DNA from: an uncultured Gemmatimonadales bacterium
Lineage (GTDB): Bacteria; Gemmatimonadota; Gemmatimonadetes; Gemmatimonadales; GWC2-71-9
Direction of reading: 5' to 3'
NCBI GenBank assembly: GCA_963728915.1
Contig: CAVSLV010000001.1
Coordinates: 960,001 to 1,024,000, forward strand
DNA length: 64,000 bases
In this document: positions 28,901-37,301 of the stretch, piece after piece
Layout: the number at the start of each line of letters is the position of its first letter
Numbering within the stretch: position 1 is the stretch's first letter
Made by a program: the position numbers and the translations under genes
The notes under the pieces: generated by a model
What the model was told of the DNA's origin: nothing
Seen by the model: only the letters and a program-made list of their open reading frames with translations
Databases searched by the model: none

Positions 28901-29178
28901 GAGGGCGCGACGGCGATGGCCCCGATCGAGCCGGTGGATTCCGCATCGAACAGGGGCTCCCAGGTGGAGCCGTAGTCAGTGGAGCGCCACAAGCCGCCGT
29001 TATCGAAGCCGACATAGAAGACGTTCGGCTGGCTCGGTGAACCGGAGAGGGCGCGGGTCCGCCCCGCCCGGACCGGGCCGATCTCCCGCCACCGCAGGTC
29101 GCGGTACAGATCCGGGGTCTGGGCGAATCCGGCCTGCGCCGAAAGGGTGAGGGCGAAAGTGGCGAAAAGGATCCGCAT
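25903..29178 (-). CDS. VPS10/sortilin-like BNR-repeat beta-propeller protein (glycosyl hydrolase-like), secreted
   Basis: Start MRILFATF; WREIGP..GR; many S.D.G.TW Asp boxes; GGQQD; THGRGFWILDD. Confidence 0.9.
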   Translation of the reverse strand: MRILFATFALTLSAQAGFAQTPDLYRDLRWREIGPVRAGRTRALSGSPSQPNVFYVGFDNGGLWRSTDYGSTWEPLFDAESTGSIGAIAVAPSNPSVIYVGSGAGIIRPDLATGDGMYKSVDAGRTWTRLGLGETRMIAHIDVDPGNPDRLFVAVLGHPYGPNPERGIYRSVDGGHTFEKVLYKDEYTSGNDVRIDPGNPQIVYAALWQQQQSFVEGGSFGGASGGIFRSADGGATWHQVTDGLPLVVEANLAVAPSKPGMVYAMVAGAQSPNANNSNPPTSGMYRSDDAGEHWVVVTRGAGTDHPDVTLDPRPLGRIGGGDLPTIAVDPKHENVVYSASVVMWRTEDGGHSWTAIRGAPGGDDYQKIWINPDNPDIILAVADQGAVVSANRGVSWSNWYTQPTAAMYHVTADNAFPYRLCGGQQDSGSGCVASRSDDGQITFHDWHPVNIQEYGIAAPDPRDPDMVYGSARTNVSLYNRRTGQTTLVGPDPAQRGQAFGRNVRTMPLQWSPANPDVLFYASNVVWKTTDRAHSWTRISPDLARQTWEVPANAGKYAATVTPRPQGSITALGLSSRSVNVIWAGTDDGNLQVTFDGGRDWKNVTPPSIKPWTRIFNLEAGHFDTLTAYAAANTMRIDEDNPHFYRTHDGGKTWVEINTGMAPGAVANSIREDPRQRGLLYAATETQVWVSFDDGDHWGSLRLNMPAISVRDIRIKDDSTCLCADLVAGTHGRGFWILDDITPLRQAAQAQRARAEGSAYLFKPATAVRIRFGTNEPTPWPPELPAGENPPPGAIIDYYVGGSVSGPITLEILDTAGKPVRTFSSDDPLPPDPARDPEGYNRTCQATPTAPHCALPLYWPAPVEHLETTAGMHRFSWDMRFTPITTEDGPLAGSIDATGAVPHRTYPEINSPWAPPGRYTIRLTVNGKRQSQPLLLRLDPRVRTPSVVLARISSLTREMYDGARAAQAAFLEARRLSTALEGVTGNDVAAFRAKVDSLAPAPRPRGGFGGGFGFRAASGPPSLESARNAMLNAAMAMQQAEVAPTAGQLAACDRARIESREVLGKWEALKGAGLSKLNASRRAAGLAPIPFP

Positions 29179-29210
29179 GCGCGCCGCTCCTGGATGGCGG
29201 GGTTTCGTTG

Positions 29211-31436
29211 TCACTCCCCGGGGTGATACTCCCGCTCGGTCCGTCCCTTGAGCTGGGAAGGATAGAAATAGACTTCGCGCAGATCGCCGGTCGCATAGCG
29301 ATGCGCCTGGTCGTTGAAGTGCGGCGACCCCGGGTTTCCGCTGAGTCCACCGGCCGTCACGGCTATCGCCCGAACACTGTCGCCGAATTCCACGACGGCG
29401 ACGAAGCTGTTGCCGCTGGTGCCGTACCACTTCTTGGTGCCGGGATACGCGCGCGCCCCGAAGGACGCGAGGGAGCCCCAGCGTGACGAGGTGAACCCGA
29501 CCGGGAGGCTCGGTCCGGCATCGTTGAACGGCTGCACGATATCCCCGGTGAGCCGCTGAAACCGGTTGACATCTCCCCACGGAGTTTTCCAGGTCCCGAA
29601 ATCGGCGGTGAGCTTATCCGACGCGACGGCGAGGGAGCGGAGCAGCACCTCCGGGGTGGCCGACGTGGCGACATAGGTCTCCGGGGAAATTCCTTTGCGT
29701 CGCGCCTCTCCCATCACCCGCCGTCCAGCCTCCTCGCCCCAGAACACGGCGAGCGACGTGGGAATCGATTGCTCCGACCATCGGTAGTCCCATCCCCGGA
29801 GGACGGCGATCTCATCCCGGAGGCGAGTCTTGAGGGAATCGCCATTCGCCGCGTGATCCCAGGCCGCGATTAGCGGTGGCAGCATTCGCTCGAAGGCCGG
29901 CAGATAGCTGTCATAAGCCGCGGCGCGAAGCGACTCCACGGTGAAATCCTTGCGATTCTGGAGCACTCGAACCGCATGATAGCCCCTGGGCGTCTCTTCG
30001 GCCCCCCGCTCCACGTACGCAGGGAACGCGTCCCGCTTCGGACTGGCGGGCCCGGCAGCGGACCAGGGCCAGTTGTTGGAGTTGTAGAGCCACCCGGTCG
30101 AGGGGTTCAGAAGATTGGGCGATTCGTCGATGGAGAGGACACCGTGCCAATCGGTGGCCGGGTCGCTGCCGTCCACCGGGCGGGACCAGTCGAAGCCGGG
30201 ATCCCGCTTCGGGATGAAGTTCGCGTGGAAGTAGGCGATGTTGCCCTTCGAGTCGGCGAAGATCGTGTTGTTGGACGAATTGGTGTGGAGCTCCATGGTC
30301 TTCCGGAACTCCTGGTAATCGTTGGCCTTGGTGCGGCTGTAGGACTGGATCAAGGCCTTGATGGGATCCTGCATGAGGCGCGTGGTGACCCACTGGGCGT
30401 CGGCCTTGCGGACCACCGGGCCGTGGATGGTGCGGTAGGTCGTGAAGGTCCGCTGGGCCAGGCCCGCCGGGGTTCGGTACTTGATGGTGACGGAGGACTT
30501 TTCGAACGGTCGGGGATTCCCTACCCCGTAACGATACCACGGCCCCCCGGTTCCCTGCACCACCGTCTCGAGGTACTCGTCGATGTTGTCCACGCCGCTC
30601 GAGGTGTGCATCCAGCCGGCATGTTGGTTGAAGCCCTGGTAGACGAAGAACTGTCCCCAGGTCACCGCGCCGTAGGCGTTGAGTCCTTCATCGCTCGTCA
30701 TCTGGAGCTCGGAGCGGAAATAGAACGACGTATGAGGGTTGATCAGGAGCAGGGCGTGGTGGTTCGCGGTGTTGGACGGCGCGATCGCCACTCCATTCGA
30801 GCCCGATGGCTCCGGTGCCGGAGTCAGGGGGTCGTCTCCTCTTGCCGGCTGCCCGTCGTCGGGCTGGGGCGCCGAGCTGTCGTAAAAGGCACGAAGCTGC
30901 TTGAGGTTGATGCGCTCGATGTCACCCCCGATGCTCCCTTCTGTGAAACTCAGGGCCATCCAGGGTTCGAACCGGGTCAGTACCCGGGGTTTGACCTCGG
31001 GATGCTTCGAGAGAAAGAAATTGAGCCCATCGGCCCAGGCGTTCATGAGCTGTTGAAGCCACTCAGGGCTCTGGCGATACCAGGACTTGAGGCTGTCGTC
31101 ACCGATGTAGAGCCGCATTCGAAGGTCGCTCCAGATCGCCGAATCTCCCTCCGCCTCGGCCAGGCGGCCCATGGCATTGAGGTAATTGACCTCGATCCGG
31201 TTGAAGTCATCCTCGGCCTGAGCGTAGATCATCCCGAACGCGGCATCCGCGTCGGTCTTTCCCCGGACGTGAGCGATACCCCAGGTGTCGCGGGTGATGG
31301 TGACCTGTCTCGCCTCCTGATTCCATCGAGCGATTTCGGGGGACGCTGTCTGGCGGGAAAAACCGAAAAGACCGAGAAACCCCGTGAGGGCTGCCGCTCC
31401 CAGCAGGCTGCGGCGTGATGTGACCGATAATGTCAT
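29211..31436 (-). CDS. penicillin acylase family Ntn hydrolase
   Basis: ITRDTWGIAH, YAQAED, GSNG nucleophile, LINPH, HGPV, NSNN. Confidence 0.92.
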   Translation of the reverse strand: MTLSVTSRRSLLGAAALTGFLGLFGFSRQTASPEIARWNQEARQVTITRDTWGIAHVRGKTDADAAFGMIYAQAEDDFNRIEVNYLNAMGRLAEAEGDSAIWSDLRMRLYIGDDSLKSWYRQSPEWLQQLMNAWADGLNFFLSKHPEVKPRVLTRFEPWMALSFTEGSIGGDIERINLKQLRAFYDSSAPQPDDGQPARGDDPLTPAPEPSGSNGVAIAPSNTANHHALLLINPHTSFYFRSELQMTSDEGLNAYGAVTWGQFFVYQGFNQHAGWMHTSSGVDNIDEYLETVVQGTGGPWYRYGVGNPRPFEKSSVTIKYRTPAGLAQRTFTTYRTIHGPVVRKADAQWVTTRLMQDPIKALIQSYSRTKANDYQEFRKTMELHTNSSNNTIFADSKGNIAYFHANFIPKRDPGFDWSRPVDGSDPATDWHGVLSIDESPNLLNPSTGWLYNSNNWPWSAAGPASPKRDAFPAYVERGAEETPRGYHAVRVLQNRKDFTVESLRAAAYDSYLPAFERMLPPLIAAWDHAANGDSLKTRLRDEIAVLRGWDYRWSEQSIPTSLAVFWGEEAGRRVMGEARRKGISPETYVATSATPEVLLRSLAVASDKLTADFGTWKTPWGDVNRFQRLTGDIVQPFNDAGPSLPVGFTSSRWGSLASFGARAYPGTKKWYGTSGNSFVAVVEFGDSVRAIAVTAGGLSGNPGSPHFNDQAHRYATGDLREVYFYPSQLKGRTEREYHPGE

Positions 31437-31461
31437 GGAGAGATAATAACGCGGATTCGAG

Positions 31462-31773
31462 TCAGCGCAGCCAGAATGGGTCCCGCCAGCTCGCGGCCAC
31501 CATCGCCCAGGCGAAAATGACGGCGCTGGCCAGTCCGGCCAGCAGGCGACCGAGAAGAGAAATGCGATGGAGGGGGCGGATCGCCTTGGGAAGCCAGATC
31601 CAGACCAGAATGAATCCCAGGCCGTTGCCGAGCAGGGTGACCGCCCAGCGGGGGATGAGCTCGATCGAGGCGAGATACAGCGCGATCGACAGGCCCAGCA
31701 GAATGTTCAGGGCGGCGAGCGGAATCACCCTGCCCCAGCGAGCCCGACCCCGGGCCCGATCATAGAGGAACAT
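31462..31773 (-). CDS. small membrane protein (3 TM)
   Basis: Three hydrophobic stretches; co-oriented with its neighbours. Confidence 0.6.
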   Translation of the reverse strand: MFLYDRARGRARWGRVIPLAALNILLGLSIALYLASIELIPRWAVTLLGNGLGFILVWIWLPKAIRPLHRISLLGRLLAGLASAVIFAWAMVAASWRDPFWLR

Positions 31774-31841
31774 GGCAAGCAGATTGTGCGGGTTCGAGCC
31801 AACGGCCTTTGCGAGTCTAATGCCAGGGCGAGCACGCGAGA

Positions 31842-31876
31842 AGGGGCCGCCGGCTCGCTGGGAACCGTCGGCCCCT
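31842..31876 (-). terminator. hairpin downstream of the LVIVD gene
   Basis: AGGGGCCG...CGGCCCCT inverted repeat; weak U tract. Confidence 0.45.
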
Positions 31877-31893
31877 CACCCCCACCGGATGTT

Positions 31894-33744
31894 CTACCGG
31901 GTGGCCAGTTCCCGGACCGCCGACGCGAGCATCCGCACCTTCGCCGGATCGCTCGATCCGGCGGCATCCCGATCGAGTGCGGCCGAGAGTCTCGTCAAGG
32001 CCTCGCTCCGCTGGGATCCGGACCGCTGCTCGGCAGCGGCCAGGTCACTCCGGACCGTGCCGAGCCGAGCCGACGAGAGGCCGCGGGAACGGGTGAGCTG
32101 ATCCACCAGCGCCCTCGCCACCACGAAACTCGGCGGCCAGACGAGCTTCGGCTGGTCCTGGACGTTGAGATAGTCGAGATGGACCAGCTTGGCCGCTTCG
32201 ATCTCGTTCCGGGTGAGAAAGCCGCTGGGCAGCAGCTCGAACACGTCGAGTCCTCGCGAGATCTCGGAGCTGTAGAGATAGCCGTTGTACCAGTAGACCG
32301 ACCAGGAGCCGGCGTCCACCAGCTTGGCGGCATCCATTGGCCCACGGTCGTGGTAGGCGATCTCGACCGGATGGGCCGGGTCGGTCCAGTCGAAGACCGA
32401 GATTCCGCCCTGGTACCAGGCCTGGACCATGATATCCCGGCCCGGCACCGGAATGAGCGAGCCATTGTGCGCTACGCAGTTCTCGAACTCGGTCTGAGGC
32501 GCCGGCATCTTGTAGTAGCTCTGGAACGTCATCCGATTGCCGGTCAAACTGAAAATCGCGTCGGCCCCCCATTGCATCTTGTCGGTGACGCGGCAACGGG
32601 GCGCGGCGCCTCCGCCCCACTCGTCGGAGAAGAGGATCTTGGTGCCCTCGTTGTTGAAAGTCGCCGAGTGCCAGAAGGAGAAATTGGAATCGGCGACCGC
32701 CCCGATCCGTCTGGGATGGGCGGCATCGCTGATGTCGAGCAGGAGCCCATAACCCGCACAGGCGCCTCCAGCAAGCCCGAGGGCGGGATAGACGGTGATG
32801 TCGTGGCACTGGTTCGGACCACCCTGGCCGCCCGGGTTGGGGCGTCGGCCAGCGAATCGAGCGGCCGCTCCGCCCGCCGCCTGGGCCGCGGCCCGGCGCG
32901 CCAGCGCGGCGGAGTCCACTGGCTCGGCATGACGGGGGGGCGCAGTGAGGCCCTCGAAGATCCGGGGCGAGCTGACGATCGCCGCGGTTTGCGGGGCAGC
33001 GAGCGGCACCCGGATGACCTCGATCCGGAAGTACGCCGAGGTGGAGTCCTCGTCGATCGGACGGGCGGAACAGCCGGGAAGCTCGCTGGGAGAACGGATC
33101 GGCGCGGACCCTGAAACGTAGATATAGACGTTGGCCGGATCCCTGGGGTCTTCCACCACGGTATGGGTGTGGGAGCCCCGGCAGGTCTGCACATTGGCGA
33201 GGTACCGGGGATTTGCCATATCGGTCATGTCGAAGATGCGGATGCCCCGGAGCCGCTCATGGCTCACCGTGTCCTGCACCCCTTCCAGCCCGCAATCGAG
33301 ACGGCCACTGGTCGCTTCACCCGACACGAAGAGCAGATTCCGGAAGACCGAAACGTCGCTCTGGGACCCGGGACAGACGTAGGCCTTCGCGAGCGTTGGC
33401 CTCGCGGGGTTGGTGACGTCCCAGACCTGCCAGCCGCTGTAGTTCCCCTGGATCGCGTAGCGGCCCATGAAAGCCAGATCCGAGTTGACCAGGCGGCGAT
33501 CGCCCGGGCTGTCCGGGTTGTAGAACGACGACGAGGGCGGAGTCTTCGAGACCACCCGAAGGTTCCACGCCGCTTCGCCAGCATCCATCCATCCCGCTTT
33601 GAGCCCAACCCGGGGGTCCGGTGAGGGAGCCGCGGTGGACATGCCGAGCTCGGGCGGCGGTGCCGATCCGGCGGGAGCGCCGGCGGTGGGGGCACAGCCC
33701 GCAAGGAGCAGCAAGGGGAAGGCGAACGGTCGGAGACGGGGCAT
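31894..33744 (-). CDS. LVIVD-repeat lipoprotein
   Basis: Lipobox LLAGC; NSDLAF.G, GIRIFD, CRGSHTHT, CHDITV, WHSATF, WYQGG, RGLDVF. Confidence 0.85.
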   Translation of the reverse strand: MPRLRPFAFPLLLLAGCAPTAGAPAGSAPPPELGMSTAAPSPDPRVGLKAGWMDAGEAAWNLRVVSKTPPSSSFYNPDSPGDRRLVNSDLAFMGRYAIQGNYSGWQVWDVTNPARPTLAKAYVCPGSQSDVSVFRNLLFVSGEATSGRLDCGLEGVQDTVSHERLRGIRIFDMTDMANPRYLANVQTCRGSHTHTVVEDPRDPANVYIYVSGSAPIRSPSELPGCSARPIDEDSTSAYFRIEVIRVPLAAPQTAAIVSSPRIFEGLTAPPRHAEPVDSAALARRAAAQAAGGAAARFAGRRPNPGGQGGPNQCHDITVYPALGLAGGACAGYGLLLDISDAAHPRRIGAVADSNFSFWHSATFNNEGTKILFSDEWGGGAAPRCRVTDKMQWGADAIFSLTGNRMTFQSYYKMPAPQTEFENCVAHNGSLIPVPGRDIMVQAWYQGGISVFDWTDPAHPVEIAYHDRGPMDAAKLVDAGSWSVYWYNGYLYSSEISRGLDVFELLPSGFLTRNEIEAAKLVHLDYLNVQDQPKLVWPPSFVVARALVDQLTRSRGLSSARLGTVRSDLAAAEQRSGSQRSEALTRLSAALDRDAAGSSDPAKVRMLASAVRELATR

Positions 33745-33758
33745 GAGGGACTCGGGTT

Positions 33759-34385
33759 TTAGAAGTCGGTGGAATCGGGAATGGTGGCCAGCATCTCATA
33801 CATGCGGTCGATCTCGGTGCTCTGATCGGCATTGACGTCCGAGGCGAATTTGAAGACCCATTCGTCCTGGGCGGCGCCCGGGGACCCCATGAGCTGCTCC
33901 ACCATGGTGAGCGCGCCCTGATGGTGCTGGATCATGTAGGTGAGAAAGAGCCGGTCGAACTCGCTGCCGCGAGCCTGATCGAGCTGAGTCATCTGCTCCG
34001 GCGTGAGCATGCCCGGCATCAGCATCGGGTGATCCATCCCGGGCATCTGGTGGCCCCGTGGATCGGGCTCCGGCACCGGGAGACTCCGGTCGCGCAGCCA
34101 GCGCTGCATGAAGGCGATCTCGTCCCGCTGGGCCACGACGATGCGCTCGCACAGGGTCCGCACCGACGGACTGGCGCCGTGGCTGGGCGCCCAGCCCGCC
34201 ATGAGTACTGCCTGGGCATGGTGGGAGATCATCCCGGTCATGAACGCGACGTCCGCCTCGGTGACCGGAGGGTGGCCACCGTCGGCCCGGGACTTTTCCG
34301 CCGGGGTCGGCGGCGCCTGCGCCAGCCCGAGGCGGGGCATCGCGGCGAGCACTCCCAGGAACAAGCCAGCGCACAGTCGGTTCAT
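33759..34385 (-). CDS. DUF305 domain protein (ferritin-like), secreted
   Basis: ADVAFMTGMISHHAQA, Q..EI..M, MPGM, FLTYMIQHHQGA. Confidence 0.9.
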   Translation of the reverse strand: MNRLCAGLFLGVLAAMPRLGLAQAPPTPAEKSRADGGHPPVTEADVAFMTGMISHHAQAVLMAGWAPSHGASPSVRTLCERIVVAQRDEIAFMQRWLRDRSLPVPEPDPRGHQMPGMDHPMLMPGMLTPEQMTQLDQARGSEFDRLFLTYMIQHHQGALTMVEQLMGSPGAAQDEWVFKFASDVNADQSTEIDRMYEMLATIPDSTDF

Positions 34386-35602
34386 CCGTTCACCACGTCT
34401 CCCAGGATCTGACGGGCAATGACCAGGCGCTGGATCTCGCTGGTCCCCTCGCCGATCTCACAGACCTTGGCGTCGCGCATCATGCGCTCTACCGGATATT
34501 CGCTGGTGTAGCCGTACCCGCCAAACACCTGCACCGCTTTGGTCGTGGTCCGCATGGCCAGCTCCGAGCAGAACAACTTGGCCATGGCCGCCTCTTTCTT
34601 GTGCGGCTGGCCGGCCTGCTTCAGCCGAACGGCGTGATAGAGCAGGTGCGAGCCGGCTTCGATCTCGGTGGCCATGTCGGCGAGCTGAAATGAGACTCCC
34701 TGAAAACTCCCGATGTAACGACCGAACTGCTTCCGGTGGCCGGCGTACTCCCGGGCTGCCTCGTAGGCGCCTTCGGCGATCCCCAGCGAAAGAGCGGCGA
34801 TTCCGATTCGTCCGGCGTCGAGGGTCTTGAGGAAATTCACGAAGCCGTCGCCGCGCTTCCCCAGCAGGTTTTCCTTCGGGACCACGGCGTCGCGGAAGTG
34901 CAGCTCGCGAGTATCGCTGGCCCGCCACCCCATTTTCTCTTCTTTCCGCCCCGCCGTCACCCCCGCAATCTTGGGCAGCGCCTCATCATGCCCGACCCCG
35001 AACTCCCGGCAGGCGGCCGGGTCCACCGTGTCCTTGGTGACGATGAAACTGGTGATCCCGCGGTTCCCGGACCCGGGATCGGTTCGGGCGGTGACCGAGA
35101 AGACCTCGCCGACGCCGGCATGGGTAATGAGCGTCTTGGAGCCGTTCAGGAGAAAGTGATCTCCTCGCTCCTGAGCGGTCGTCGCCGTCCCCCCGGCATC
35201 ACTTCCCGCCCCCGGCTCGGTGAGCCCGAACCCACCGAGCACCCTTCCGCTCGCGAGGAGGGGAACATAGGTGCGTCGTTGCGCATCGTTCCCGAACTCG
35301 TAGATGGGCGAGGTGCCAAGGTTGGTGTGGGCCGAGATGGTGAGCGCGTGGGAGGCGTCGACCTTGGCCATCTCGTGAATCACGATGTAGTAGCTCAAGT
35401 GGTCCATGCCGGCGCCGCCATACTCCTCCGGCCACGGTACGCCGAGGAGCCCCAGGTCCCCCATGCGCTTGATGTTCTCCCAGGGAAACGTGCAGGTGCG
35501 ATCGATGTCCCGGGCGATCGGCGCCACGTGCTCCCGCGCGAACTCGCGCACCATCGCCCGGACCTCCTGGTGATGCGCGGTGAAATACAGCGATTCGTCC
35601 AT
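34382..35602 (-). CDS. acyl-CoA dehydrogenase (short/branched chain type)
   Basis: FGLTEPGAGSD, LNGSK, GRIGIAA, RKQFG, GGYGY, EIGEGTSEIQR. Confidence 0.95.
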   Translation of the reverse strand: MDESLYFTAHHQEVRAMVREFAREHVAPIARDIDRTCTFPWENIKRMGDLGLLGVPWPEEYGGAGMDHLSYYIVIHEMAKVDASHALTISAHTNLGTSPIYEFGNDAQRRTYVPLLASGRVLGGFGLTEPGAGSDAGGTATTAQERGDHFLLNGSKTLITHAGVGEVFSVTARTDPGSGNRGITSFIVTKDTVDPAACREFGVGHDEALPKIAGVTAGRKEEKMGWRASDTRELHFRDAVVPKENLLGKRGDGFVNFLKTLDAGRIGIAALSLGIAEGAYEAAREYAGHRKQFGRYIGSFQGVSFQLADMATEIEAGSHLLYHAVRLKQAGQPHKKEAAMAKLFCSELAMRTTTKAVQVFGGYGYTSEYPVERMMRDAKVCEIGEGTSEIQRLVIARQILGDVVNG

Positions 35603-35647
35603 GACGGTGGAAAATAGAGGTTCGCCACCCGGGTGGCGAGGTGCGCG

Positions 35648-37225
35648 TCATGGCTGCCGGAGGGCTTCGAGGATGGTCCCCCCATACTTCGCGGCAACCA
35701 CCGGCCCGACGCCCTCGGTGGCGGCGAGGGCCGGTTCAGAGCGGGGTGGGATTTCCGCCAGGCGACGGAGGACGTCGGGCTCGAGGAGGCAGCCTTCCCA
35801 GGGAGTTCCGCGGGTTCCGAGGGCCAGTCGAAGCCTCACCAGCCTCTCCTCGACCAGCGGACTCGAAACCGGCCGGACGCCACGCCGACCGCAGACGTCA
35901 CACCCGGTGCAGCGAGGAAGCCGCTCGCCGAAATACCTGAGGAGGGTCCGGCGCCGGCACGTCCCGCTCGTTGCGTAACGTTCCATGACCGCGATTCTTC
36001 CCTCCGCCTCGCGGCGCCGGCGCCTGACCCCGCTCCAATCGACCGGGCGCCGGTCCGGGGCCAGCTCGCGGCGAAGGCGTTCGATGGAAGCTTGCATGTT
36101 GCCGGGGATCCGGCGAGCATCGACCTCATGCTTCCAGACCCGTTGGGCCAGCTTCTCGTCCGGAAAAGTGACCTCGAGCTGGCGGCGAGGGAGTGCGGCG
36201 TCTCCGTCGCGAAATAGCAGAAGGCAGCGCGCAAACCGTCCGTCCCGTCCTGCTCGGCCCGCTTCCTGGTAGTACGCCTCGGGGGTGGCCGGGAGGGTCC
36301 AATGGACGACGAGGCGAACGTCCGGCTTGTCGATCCCCATGCCAAACGCACAGGTCGCCACGACGACACCGAGCTCTCCTTCCAGAAACTGACGAAGCCG
36401 ATCCCGCCGCACCTCGCTGCCGAGCCCGGCGTGATACGGGGCCGCCCGGTGTCCCGACTCGCAAAGAACCCGGGAGAGCTCCTCTACCAGGTTGCGGGTC
36501 GGCGCGTAAACGATGGCAAGCGCCTGCTGGAGACGGAGTACGGCGAGAAGTGCCCGCAAGCGCTCGCGATCGTTGGCCACCCGGGCGACCCCGAACCAGA
36601 GGTTCCGGCGATCGAATGAGCCGAGCACGGTGCGGGAACCCCGGGCGCCCCCCAACCCGAGAACGCGGGTGATGTCGGTGCGAACCGCCGGGGTGGCGCT
36701 CCCGGTGAGCGCGATGGCCTGGGGCCAGCCCAACGCCGACCGCAGCCGCCTCAAGGTCCGGTAGGCGGGCCGAAAATCGGAACCCCACTCGCTGATGCAG
36801 TGCGCTTCGTCCACCGCGAGGAGCGAGGGCTGCACCCGGCGTTCGGCCAGCTCGCGGGACAGGCGAGGCAGGCGCTCGGGCGAGGTGTACACCAGGCGGA
36901 CCTCGCCACGTTCGATCTGGCGCATGATGTCCCGCTGGGCCGCAACCGGGAGCGCGCTGTTGAGCGCTGCCGCGGGAAGGCCGCGGGCCTGGGCCGCCGC
37001 CACCTGGTCCTGCATGAGGGAGATGAGGGGAGAGACGACGACGGTTGGGCCCCCGCGGAGAAGCGCCGGAATCTGAAAACACACCGACTTGCCGCCCCCG
37101 GTGGGGAGAACGGCCAGAACGTCCCGACCCTCCTCCAGGGCGGTGATTACCCGGCGCTGCAACGGGCGGAACTCGCGGTAGCCGAAGTGGTGCTGAAGCA
37201 GCGACTCGGGCGTCGGCGCAGACAT
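35648..37225 (-). CDS. recQ: RecQ family ATP-dependent DNA helicase (compact form)
   Basis: PTGGGKS, SPLISLMQDQ, DEAHCISEWG, AFGMGIDK, YYQEAGRAGRDG, CRR...CTGCDVC. Confidence 0.92.
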   Translation of the reverse strand: MSAPTPESLLQHHFGYREFRPLQRRVITALEEGRDVLAVLPTGGGKSVCFQIPALLRGGPTVVVSPLISLMQDQVAAAQARGLPAAALNSALPVAAQRDIMRQIERGEVRLVYTSPERLPRLSRELAERRVQPSLLAVDEAHCISEWGSDFRPAYRTLRRLRSALGWPQAIALTGSATPAVRTDITRVLGLGGARGSRTVLGSFDRRNLWFGVARVANDRERLRALLAVLRLQQALAIVYAPTRNLVEELSRVLCESGHRAAPYHAGLGSEVRRDRLRQFLEGELGVVVATCAFGMGIDKPDVRLVVHWTLPATPEAYYQEAGRAGRDGRFARCLLLFRDGDAALPRRQLEVTFPDEKLAQRVWKHEVDARRIPGNMQASIERLRRELAPDRRPVDWSGVRRRRREAEGRIAVMERYATSGTCRRRTLLRYFGERLPRCTGCDVCGRRGVRPVSSPLVEERLVRLRLALGTRGTPWEGCLLEPDVLRRLAEIPPRSEPALAATEGVGPVVAAKYGGTILEALRQP

Positions 37226-37301
37226 CGCCGGTCAGAGTAGCGACCCGCGGTGTCCCAGCCCTAACCCGAATTGTGCGGTTGCGGTCTCCTCAATGCGGCA
37301 G

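Noticed and set aside
25903..29580. Extended N-termini given by the ORF track (also 5569, 6360, 41829, 42388, 55178, 61130, 61819)
   Set aside because: The extensions overlap neighbouring genes; downstream starts matching signal peptides or family N-termini were used instead.
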